NCBI GenBank assembly: GCA_002104905.1
Contig: MCFE01000012.1
Span: 62,001-126,000, forward strand
Direction: 5' to 3'
Length of the DNA: 64,000 bases
From: Basidiobolus meristosporus CBS 931.73
Lineage: Eukaryota > Fungi > Basidiobolomycota
The notes beneath the pieces were generated by a model, which saw only the letters and a list, made by a program, of their open reading frames with translations, was not told the DNA's origin and searched no databases. Of the stretch, positions 49,034-60,612 are shown in pieces (position 1 is the first letter of the stretch; every line of letters begins with the position of its first letter). Both the position numbers and the translations under genes were made by a program.

Positions 49034-52000
49034 TTTAGGACAATTGCATACTTTAGTATTTGTGACTCTTGTTAATTTCCAGTATCATCAAATTAGAATG
49101 GGTAGTAGTTGAAGAGCCAGCCCATCTGTGTACAGCAGCTCTGTCTATTCTTATGACTTTTGTTTTACCATCATTTACTCGACCCTGAGACTTTTTGTAT
49201 GATTATACATTCATGTGACTAGTAGTTAGATTTGCTTTATCATTACAATAATACGGACATTACCCAAAACAAGTCGCGTGCTCGAGGTGTGCGTGATGTG
49301 GAGAAATCGCAGGGACACAGGGTCGCAAGGATTCATGCCTCTGGCTCCTGGGAGGAAAATAATTTGGCAACGGAAACTATCGGTGCCATGACTGTGCAAA
49401 CTTGCACCACCTTGTGTAATTCGAGCAATCAACCGCAATCCTCTGACCAAATACAAATCGCTGAATGGAGACCACCATCTGATACTGTTAAGTCATATTT
49501 CCCTGTATCGACCATCACCACGCACTGATTCGCGTGGATTATTCAAAGATGGAAGAGGGAACGGAATGTAGCATCGCATGGCCATTGGCTTATTCCGACC
49601 GAGTCATAATGAACATGTTACACGCATGGATAACTCTTGCACACCTTCTCCAATATTTGATTGCATCCACATTAACATGACATCAACATGCATATCCATA
49701 GGTGCGGTTTAAAATCGCTCTGCACGCGCATGTAATTTATGGAGAACACTGACTGGACAGAGCAGAGTGGCATTGTGGGAAGGATGTTAGGAAAATTGGA
49801 TAAGCGAGGGTGACATAATCTGGAATTGGGATAAACCAGTTGGGCTGGTATATCGAGCGGTTCAAGGGAATTGTGCACCCAGCTGGATGTGATTATCTAA
49901 ATTGGTGGACATGCTCAATTTATGGCACGAGCAGAGATGAACTCCCTCTTCCTAAATTTATCACCGGTAGTCATATTGGCCCGCGAATCCACCCTGTAGA
50001 GGAATATTCCATATCATCGAGTGATCCTTCGTTGATGAACACAGTGCACCCAGTCCCGCGAGTCCAAGTACAGGCCAAGTCCGTGAACGCTCCAAACAAG
50101 TTAAATCTCACTGGAGCGGTAACCCTCCTCCAGATTCATTCTGTGTTCTCTCACTGGGAGCCCATCCATCATCACGCTCATTTCGCACACTAAGGGCACA
50201 ATAGGACCGATTCTGAGCCGGTGAGGTCACGGAGGAGAGATACGAAGAAATCGCCATCGGTATATGGTGACCCTCATCCTATGGGTAGGTTTAGAATGGC
50301 ATTCAATTTAAAAGTCAACTCAGCCATATCCACCCCTTAATAACGTGATCCGACCCTTTCTATATTGGGCATCCAGAATCCATAGTTCATCAGGTGGCTC
50401 ATGATTCATCATTGGTCTAACTGACAAGCCAGATAAAACTGAGAATGGACATCAAAGGACCTGAAATGTGGGAATATTGTGGTTCTCTGCCTCATCTGTG
50501 TACGCAGCCAATATAATTATATGGCTTAATGGCCCGGCTAATTGCGGAATATATGGGATGGTTTTCATATAGGTTGAGGTATGTGAAAGGTATATTAGTC
50601 CAAAAAACATCGCAAAAAGGAAGGCGTTTTCGATTTTTGTCACCAGACGCTCCGAAAAATAACGGAGGGTGGGAAAAATCCATTAGGTCCAGAATCTTTG
50701 GTCCAATGTGAAAATTTTATCCACGTACTAGGAACGGCGAACGGGGATCATGCATAGGAGGTGCACACCACCCAAAAATCAAGGGAGATATGGGCGAGAA
50801 ACACGATGTTTTCCCCGTTATGGTAAGTGGCTTTCTAGGCGATGGCTCTGTTCTGCAGTTATTTATGGATGCCAGAATGCTTGCTGAATCGATATTGATG
50901 GTATGGAAGCGGTGAAAACTGGTTTGGATTCACTCATGTATCCCTTTCGGCTGATTACCCCAAAATGCAGTGTTTTTTCTCACTCTCTCAAAGTGGGCCA
51001 TTCTTCACCACACCTAATATCTGGTTTCTTCGATTGTTTTTGGACAGCATGGGTGGAGTCCCCTATTGAGAGCGCTGGCTAAATTTGGCCACTTGCGAGC
51101 AACGGGTGCTTGTTCGATGGTTTAGCCTGGACGGCGTCCGATGAGATCATTCATCGGACCAAAGCCCCTTTTCTTCTTTGGTCAGTGTTCACCGAGCGCA
51201 ATGAACATATTTTTGAGAGTCGTGTTCAACCATAGTGTAAGGGAAAGTCTTGTGAATGTGCTTAAGCCTGTTGCCATGGTTTTTCGATTTGATGTCACTG
51301 ATAGCATCGAAACACAAGCACTCGCACCAACAACAGGGTGTGTTGTCACCCACTTCTCAACGCCAATACAATCCACAGGTCCCATGGGTGTGATGCTACT
51401 AATGTTTCATATTGGATCATATGATTCATTACCCTTGATATCGCCACAATAGTACTGATGATATCATGGTTATCGCAGCAATACAGCTTGTACAATCTTT
51501 GGAGAGCACACTCGAGGTAATCACGTGGATCATTTAGAATGGCAAAGGATATCACGAAACCCAATTTATGGAAACTAACCAGAATCCGTACTGGAAGGCC
51601 TGGATCATTGTTCAAGAGTCATTTCGAGGCCGCGGTACGCATGGGACTCAACATGTAAAAGTACACCATAGTGCTGATTCGTTCGCAACATGAGCAAAGC
51701 CGGCTTTGAAGATATGGGCGTGCTGGAATCTGAGGTGGAATAGCTGTGTCACCGAGCGGGTCTTCATGTGCTGGATATCTGATAAGGTGTAACTTGAGGG
51801 CTCAACAAGGAAGTCCGAGAGTTCCATGTTCATATGAATGAGCAGTCTTGGAGATTCTAATAAGTCCACACCTCCTGATACACTGGAATAACGTGAGAAC
51901 TGAATTTGAGTAACTCCTAGGTCCATTCACCGCGTGGGGAAATCTGTGGGATCTAATTTAAAGTGGACAAGCTATATAGCATATTTCCATTTCGATGCAA

Positions 52001-53409
52001 GGGAGGGCAATTCTGCAATGCAGTGACTAGCAAGGTTGGGATTAATGAATATTTTTGCAAATCCTGCTCGCCCACTACTTATCTGGGAAACATATGCTTG
52101 GATGCTACAGTAATGTTTATATAAGGTGCGTGAGATTAAGCTGCCTTGAATGACCATAACTGGTGGAAGGTGGTTGAAATAGGAATGTATCTACAGTATA
52201 GGTTGAATCACTATTAGCTCTAACCTGCGAAGTAACCTATTGGGCATGCCGGGAGCAATGCATAATGTCTAAACCAATGTAGTGAAATCATGCCTTAGAG
52301 TGATGTCTTCGAGATGGGGTGGTGAAGGTTCAGGGTTGATACCCAATGGGCTGATAGCTGAGGTTAATGGGTAAGTGAGATGCAGCAGGTCGTGTGCATG
52401 ACCAGAAGATTCAAGATCATATCTTGAATAGATCTCATATTCACATGAGCATAATCTAATTTTCCCAGGGAATAGTGTTTATTGATGATAGATGCTATAC
52501 TATTGCATCTCGAGGCTAAATCTTCCAGCCCTTGGTTGCATCCTGTGTATCGGAGCATGTGATGGCTAAATCTAATGAGCGAACGGAACCAGTAACACCG
52601 AAATGGACCAAATCATTCATCCCCACTAATGATCCAGAGGTGATTGAGGTTATTGATCTTGAAAAGGTCGGAAGCGGTTCGAGTTCGGCATTTCAGATTG
52701 TCAGCATCGGGTTTTCCGACATAGGCCCCGGATACTTTCTAATTTGATGTTCAGATATCTCCTTGTCCACACACCTATACACTTCACGTATTTACCAGTG
52801 TTCGAGACTTCCAAATGTTAATGCCTTTAGATGTTGACGGTTGAATAATCTATATAGATATGGGGATTTGACCAGGAAGTAATGCTTTTCGCGTACTTTG
52901 CTTCGTGTAATTTCAAGAAATCTTATAACTCTGATCTCAAAGTATACCCAACCCCTCTGGCTTCTCCTGAACTCGGCTTAGAATAGCAGCTATATAGATT
53001 TGTGATAGGGCAGCAAGCATTCTGCACCTAAAGGTTCTCACTGTGGATGTTATAACAGAGCTAGATGTTGGAATATGTTTGTCCTTCCATAGTGTCAAGT
53101 CCTTGAAGTACCTTTGCTTTGGGATACAAGAGTAAGGTGGATCGTTGATAGCTAGTGATAAGACTGAAGCTGAGCAACATATTGAGCTTTATACGCACTA
53201 ACTGCTTGTATTCAAGCAAAATCAGAATTTAAAAACAACCTATATACAGAATCTACAAGCTGAGAACTCAGCCTAAAACAAACTCAGGTGGTGATCAGCA
53301 TTGGGTCGGTACAATGAAATGTTTAGAAGATATGGTATGGGAAAGTTACTTCTCACTTGATTATAGAGTGGCTAGACTGTAGACATGGTCTAGAGCGGAG
53401 TACCAAGTA

Positions 53410-53524
53410 TGTTGTAAAAATTCGTAATTCCACCTAAATATTCACCCAACTTAGTCACTTAGATCATTACCTCCAAATCCTAGAGGATACTGACCAAATT
53501 CCTTGTCGGGACTTAGAATATTTT
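53410..53524 (+). repeat. Isolated A block of the modular repeat family
   Basis: TGTTGTAAAAATTCGTAATTCCACCTAAATATTCACCCAACTTAGTCACTTAGATCATTACC... closely matches 36124-36242. Confidence 0.9.
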
Positions 53525-54890
53525 CATGCTGTTGTACGAGTCTTGGAGATATTTAGTTCAAATGAAGTATCAAAATTCTTATAGGAGCTTGTTGTAAGCA
53601 TCTTGTAGATGTTGGAAGTAACTGTGATAACAAGTAGATTATGTGGGTTTCACTTAATGATCTATTGATTGTAAAAGTAGTATTTATACTTTTACATAGT
53701 CTTGGAAAAACAAACATGTAAAATATGCTTAGGAAGGTCTCAAGAACATGTGTGCAAGGTATGGGGCCATGTAGACAGCTTATTAATTTTCATGCTTTGG
53801 TGAAGCTATTCCAAGTAAATCCCAACAAGGAATCTGGTCAGAATTCTCTAAGGTTTGTAGGCAATGGTCCAAATGACTCAGTTAGGTGAATTTTCAAGTG
53901 CAATTACAAAATTTACAACAGCTATTACAGTTGTGACTCTTTGTGGAAGTAGCAAGTAGGTTATAGCCAAACTAGGTATGAGTATTATTTAGTCTAGCCT
54001 CCTAAAAGATGTATTCTTATATACCAAATAGCTAGACCTAAGGTATTTATAATTGTAAGTTTAGACAAACATGGAAATCTGCTGATATTATGATGCTATT
54101 CTGCTGGCCTTTAGTTGAGTTTTTCTTAGTGTAGTCTTTGATACAAGATATTGAAGAATTGTATCCTAACTGTCCACTAGGGCTTCCCAGACTTACAATG
54201 TCACCTCAACAGTCTGACATTTCATTTTTACTCAAAAAGGCTAGAGGTAAATAGCATTGATATAAAGCTCTTATCTGAGTTGTGTATTCCAGTAATGAAA
54301 TCTCACATGAATCATTTATAAGCCTTAAGAATATATCTTGCATATTGCTTTTGCACAGCTTTAAGATATCATCCAATTGAAGGCCTGAAAGCTACCAAAT
54401 TTCTTAAACTTGTCCAAAAGCCTCCAAACATTGCACACCACTATACCAAGCTCTGTTGTAAGTTTTTTGATTACACCTAAATATTCACTCTACTTAGTTG
54501 CTTGGATCATTGCCCACAAATCTTAGAGAATTCTGACCAGATTCCTTGTTGGGATTTACTTGGAATAGCTTCACCAAAGCATGAAAATTAATAAGCTATC
54601 TACATGGCCCCATACCTTGCACATATGTTCTTTAGATCTTCCTAAACATATTCTACGTGTTTATTTTGCCAAGACTTTGTAAAAGTATAAATACTACTTT
54701 TACAATGAATAGATCATTGAGTGAAAACCACATAATCTACTTGTTATCCCAATCACTTCCAATATCTATAAAACTCTCACAACAAGCTCCTCTAAAAAAT
54801 AACGATACTTTATTTGAGCTCAATTAAGTAATAACTGTATAACAAGCAATTCTTCAAATTTCTCAAATCACTTTCAATACTGTGTAGAAT
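53521..54890. mobile_element. Foldback-like non-autonomous element: two ~370-400 bp inverted arms of the A-B-C repeat around a ~530 bp spacer
   Basis: The reverse complement of 53540-53920 aligns with 54454-54830, including an identical stretch of about 75 bp (CTTAGAGAATTCTGACCAG...AATTAATAAGCT). There is no coding capacity and no TSD was identified. Confidence 0.65.
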
Positions 54891-56382
54891 CTTCCAACAG
54901 GGTGTCTTTATCTCACAACAATATACCTTCATGTCAAACCACTGATGTATGCTAGTCCAGGTTTAACTTGGATACATATAGACTTTATTCATTTGGTATT
55001 TTGTCACGTCCATGTCAATCCCCCGCACCTGCTACCATTTGCTACAGCAGCTCTCAGAATATAGTATTGATGCTCATGAAAGTGGCTAGCTAAGCTAACG
55101 ATGTGCTTTTGAAGAATCTCATAGAATACTTTCAGGATGTAGGGCCTTCGCAATCCCACGTTTGTCACATTGCTCCAGTAGATGTTTTAGTTGAGTCGCG
55201 TTTAGTATTTGTAAAGGTTCATCCATGTTTTGTATTCAATTCACCACGATCAGGTTCTTGAAACCGAGCAGATGCATACCCCTCTCTCAGCCCAAGCAGG
55301 AAACTTGGGAGCAATACAGAACTTGAGATGAGACTGAGATATTCAACGGTGGGTATTTTGAATCCACTATGGAAATGTTTGTTGTAGGATAAATATGAAG
55401 TTCTGACATACAGGTAGTTAGAATTCCATGTTGGCAACACCAGCTGCGGCGATATTCCCGATACTTAAAGACAATTATACTGTATTCCAAATCATCGAAC
55501 TACTGACTGCTGCACACGGGTCATCCAAAGATACGGTGCTATGACCAATTCCTGATCTGACCTCTCGTGACCTCTTTGGCTCTCTTCGTTGACAATGGAC
55601 GTGGTGAATGTCATGAACCAGCACTTGGAAGCCCCAAGATCTTTCCCTCGGCGGTCCGTGGCCTATCACGTGGGAGTCCCTGATGATCCTGTTCCGCAAA
55701 TCGTGATGATGATGTAGGGCGCACAGATGGTGGGCCCAGCCTTTGCGGTACCCGTGTGGGAAGAGCCAATCCTGGCTTACGAATTGGTGGAAGCTTTTTT
55801 GGGTCAATGAAGGCTCCATGCTATGAATACTCACAGTTAATAGTAATAAGTCATAAAATATGAATGCGAAGCATAGAATGGCAAAGAAACGGAACAAGTA
55901 ATTGGGGTAATATAAAATGCACTGTATCCATGCCAGTGGAGGTAGATGTCAAATACCAACGATCCTGCACTAGCCCATTATCAAATAACACTATTGTTGA
56001 CATCAAAACCGTCAATTGTGATCTACCTCCAAACGTGACCATCGTGGACGCCAGTTCTCAAACTATTTGCCAAATAATTCCTGTTCTGTTACCACGTTGC
56101 ACATTCTAGGTCGAGCGTGTCGATTTTTGCGCAACTAGGGATGTTTAGTAACAGGTTTATTATTCGTGTTCAAGTGGCGAGGGAATAATACACATAAAAG
56201 AAGTAAAATAAAATAAAATAAAAATGGTAAACATATTAAAGCAATGTAAACAAATAAAAGCCGCAATCACCTATTGTGGGGGTTGGCTAATGCCAAGTAA
56301 AAAAATTAAAATGGCTAGCTTCCATGACAATGGCTTCTATTAAATTAGCGGCCCTTCGAATCAAACTGATTCTCACATCTCA

Positions 56383-58106
56383 TTACTTGCGCTTGCTCAT
56401 CACCTTGGTAATCACGGACTTGATGGTGCTGGCCGCCTTCTCCGACTCCTTCTTGGTATGGGCCGCAGATGGGCAAAGACGGATACTTGGCTGAGGTAAC
56501 TTCACCTCTTGTTGGTGGACATACATGGAGCGAGTTAGCAATACCCCGTCCTTCTCGGCCTCATCAACAATATCTTGGAGAATCTTCTCTTGATCGTCTT
56601 TGCTCAAATTGAGCTTCTCAATGACACTAGGATGGATTCGAATATGAATCACTGGCGATTGTTCATGAGCGTCACCCAGCGTAATGGTAGGGATGTTGAG
56701 GAGGGTAGTGCGGAATACAGCGATGTTGGCACGAAGATTGCCAATGAGGTCTGGGTTCTTTTGGATGATGCTGAGTCCTTCACGTGCACTGACAGCCAAA
56801 ACAGCTGGAAGAGAAGCTGAGAATGTGTAAGCCAGGCCGGAAAGTCTTTGATGATCAATAATTTCACGGGTGCCTGCCGAAAAGCCGCCAGAGGATGTAA
56901 GGGCATGGCACATGGAACCAACCAAGAAGTCAATCTCTTCCACAGGAACCCCTGTGTGCTCAGTAATTCCTGCTCCACGCTTTCCAAGAACACCAATAGA
57001 CAAACTTTCATCTAAAATAAGACGATACTTATACTTGTTCTTCAATTCTACCAATCTTTCCAAAGGCGCAATGTCGCCATAGTTCATATACAAGCCCTCA
57101 ACGACAATAAAGCGACGAGTTAACGGACGCTTGGTCTTGAGGTCCTCTTCCTGGATGCTCTTGAGAACTCGCTCCAAATCATCCATATCATTGTGATTAA
57201 AGTATTTCACAATGCTTCTGGATATTTGGACACCTTTTTGGATTGAGAAGTTGACGCCCGAATCACACACAATAATATCGCCTCTCTTGGAATAGGCAGG
57301 AATCACACTAGAGATTGTGGAAAAGCCTTGAGAATAAATGATAGCCTCTTCAGTGCCCAAAAAGTTTGCAATATCCTTTTCCAGTTGCTTGTGTACATCT
57401 ATAATGGCAAAATGAGTTTCAACATCCTTGGCATCATGGAGCCAACCAGAAACTTACCAAGGGTGCCATAAAAGCCTGGAGGGCCGCAGGAGCCAACTCC
57501 GTACTTTCTTAAAGTATCAATTGCTTCGGTTTTGATCTCTTCATTTGCCATTAGACCTAAGAAGTTGAAGGAGGCCAGATTAAGCACGGTTCTGCCATCA
57601 GCGAGCTTATGCTTGGGGCCGGGGGGTCTGTCGAGTGGTAACGATTAGCACAAGTCGTTCTAGGAAAGTAGAAATAGATAGGATGATTGTTACCCAGCGA
57701 TGACTGGAACCTTATCCAAGACTGCTTTGTCATATTCAGAGAGTTCAGGAACTAGAGATTCAGGTTGCCATTCTTCGACCAAGTCTTCAACTTCCTATAA
57801 AGCAATAGGGATGACCGGTTAAACAAGGAATACATAAAGTTGTATTGCACTTGACCATACCTTTTCAGTGAGCTTCACATAATTACTGTCAATGCGGTAT
57901 TTTTTCGCAAGCAGATAGCGGAGAGCAAAGAAGATTAAGCACAGCTCCAGAACAACGCGGAAGGGATCATTCTGGTAGGAATTCTTAATATAGCGGACAA
58001 CAATCGAAGACCCAGGAATATAAGAGTATAAGGTATGGAAACCGGAGTAAATGGTGTTGAAAATATCAGCAATAGGCGAGCTAGCGGAAGCTTGAACTGT
58101 CTCCAT
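56383..58106 (-). CDS. LCB1: Serine palmitoyltransferase subunit Lcb1/SPTLC1, 4 exons
   Basis: N-terminal TM (PFRVVLELCLIFFALRYLL), NLASFNFLGL, KYGVGSCGPPGFYGT, YSQGFSTISSVIPAYSKRGD, LILDESLSIGVLG, and GSMCHAL lacking the PLP-binding Lys (diagnostic of Lcb1 rather than Lcb2). Confidence 0.95.
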
Positions 58107-60457
58107 CTTGAAGAACGGAGGTGTTTGTTTAGATATTGAAGGAGGAACAAGAGTTACGTTTTCAACCAACTTAAAGTTAATATGGAAGGTTACCGGGTTG
58201 CATGCAATAAAAACTTTTCCGATCAGCAGCCTGTGAAAGGCATCGGTAAGCACGGATATTATACCGAATTGATGATATTAGATCCAGGCATTCACGGATA
58301 ACTGGAGTATTAATGACCGCCTCCTTTTTAAGGCACTAGAGCATAGGATACCAATATTTGTACTACATAATCAGCACAAATAATCCAGACCAAGGATTCT
58401 TGTTGGAGGTTGAAAGATACACAACTGAATAGCATTAATGCTAATAACACATGAATCCCATGTGTAGGTTCTCGATGGTAGGATTGTTCACAGTGGTTCA
58501 TGCTTTTGGTTGCATAATACTTATGATCATCCGATTTGAAATCTCCTAGTTATCTGCGGATCTATTGGAAATATTAGGGGTGAATGCTTGGACTATCGAT
58601 CACATATTGATAAGCCTTCTTCAACATCGCTTCCCAAATCCATCCATGAGTACAGTACTCGGGTTGTTTCGACATACCTTGGCATCAAGTATGTGAATTT
58701 TTAATGCCGAATGTTCGAGTCGCTGTGAAAACTTTCTTGAAAAGCCTCCAACGGATCTGCAACACTTGGCGTCATACACTAACTATGGTGCCAAATGTTC
58801 CCGCCACTAGCTTTGAGAAATAATGATGAGTAATCAGGAATATATCGTCTAAGATACTCTACAAAATATACGAATATTTGTCATTTGATGGTGTCGTAAT
58901 GCGAAATCGAGCCAGTGGCATGAAAAGCCCCAATTACACAGGTGTGATGACCGACTATATTATAGGAGGAAATTAGCCTGGGAACATGCTTGAGAGCAAT
59001 GTATAGAAAGCGACTAGTGAAGCTATCTCACTATTCGAAAGCTATATCTTCTGTGAATTAGCAAGCTTCCTTCTTATTATGGACCAAAACGCTACTACCC
59101 GCCACCCTGTACCTGAAGATTCGGCTCGCTCTCAAGAGTTTGTCGAGAATAATTCGATTAACAGAATCCCCAAAAAGAACAACAAGGGGATAATCATCTT
59201 GGTGTTTGTTCTTACCTCTCTGACAAACTCTCGACTCACTCGAGCTTTCCTAGCAAAGGCACTGAAGCTAAAAGGTACTACTACATCTGCCTTCGAAGCG
59301 TTATGTTTACTTATGCAATTCCCCACCTAGGTTCACTTCTTGGAGGACCTTGGATCTATAGACTAGCTTACGTTCTGGTTACGTTGCATCTGTATCCATT
59401 TGTGATTTTATTCTGGGGTTCCTTGTTCAACCATCGAAGCTATTTCGCCCAAGTAGTTCTAAAGCGGTATGGTAAAATCCTGCCCAACAGCATTAAGGCT
59501 AAACTTCTAGCTTTGTAAATACTACGTTGTAGTGTTTCCCGAGTAACTGGCATCAAGCTACAAGTAACAAATAAACTGAGTAGTTTTGAAGTAAACCCCT
59601 CGTGCCAGGCCCTACTCACGAGTATCATCATATCGATAGGGGATTTACATAGTAGATCCCATTTTAGTTTAGAATTCGTAATGATACTCCCAAATGTTCT
59701 GTCAATGAATATATTTAACCATGGGAACTACGGGATCAATGGGTCCAAGCTCAATATAAATACCTATCCTGGAGTTATCGAGTGAGCTGGCAATATATCA
59801 CATGATATCACGCCGATACCCGATGGACTTTGGATTCAGGAAGTGTGCTTTGTTCAATCCTAATCCAAATTCTGATGGAGAGCAGAGAAAAGATGTATAG
59901 GCGCTGTCATTTGACTAGATTCTCATCCAACTGCTACAGATCGAGGCATTTTCAAGAAGCTGGCAAGTGTGATCACGGATATACCGGTTCGGATTACTTT
60001 AAATGGACTAGTGTCTGGTGGTGTTTGTCATCGCATTGCTCTTGCAACCAAGTAACAGAGCTCATCGCCATCCAATTCGCTGGTGGCACAACAAATAGAT
60101 CTGTAGGGCTTGATATATACCCCTTACCAATCGCGCCGAAGAATGCACGCATCAATTGTTAAATGAGACTGGTCCGGATATCGACAGAATATTAGCATCG
60201 CGGGCGAAGTATCAGAGTAACTGCCCGCGATCTATGATTTACAGGCGCCTTTTGTCTCATTGGCCCCATATTTGTGACTAGAAATCGTATGTTTGAGTCA
60301 TCGATGTTCGTTGGATCGAGTTTATTGCTCTGAAATGCTCGATCTGTGCATTCTCTCCTATATGACCTCTACCAAAATGCCGAAATTTTCGGATGGCTCA
60401 TTACTGTAGCCAATGGGTGTGGTGAAATCTGCGTTTCAATCTAGTCGCGCCTTGGTC

Positions 60458-60465
60458 TATATAAG
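60458..60465 (+). promoter_or_regulatory. Putative TATA box for the LONRF gene, with CCAAT at 60410-60414
   Basis: TATATAAG about 150 bp upstream of ATG 60613. Confidence 0.4.
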
Positions 60466-60612
60466 TCACTCAGAGCCCGCATTCCCGGCTCAGTAACCTT
60501 CGTATTCGTTCTTTTCTTTGCGTGGTCTATTAATACTTTAGCTAGCCCCCAGCATATTTCTTCGTCCAAATCTCACTAGCAACTAATCTTTGAACTAGAC
60601 TTCCAGAACCAC

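Noticed and set aside
49226-50193. Several 70-117 aa ORFs downstream of CSL
   Set aside because: No recognisable motifs, mostly non-ATG starts, and no coherent splice chain.
59132-59326. ORF appearing to start MGNCISK (myristoylation/palmitoylation-like N-terminus)
   Set aside because: The first codon is GTG directly after a stop, not ATG, and the rest shows no recognisable domain.
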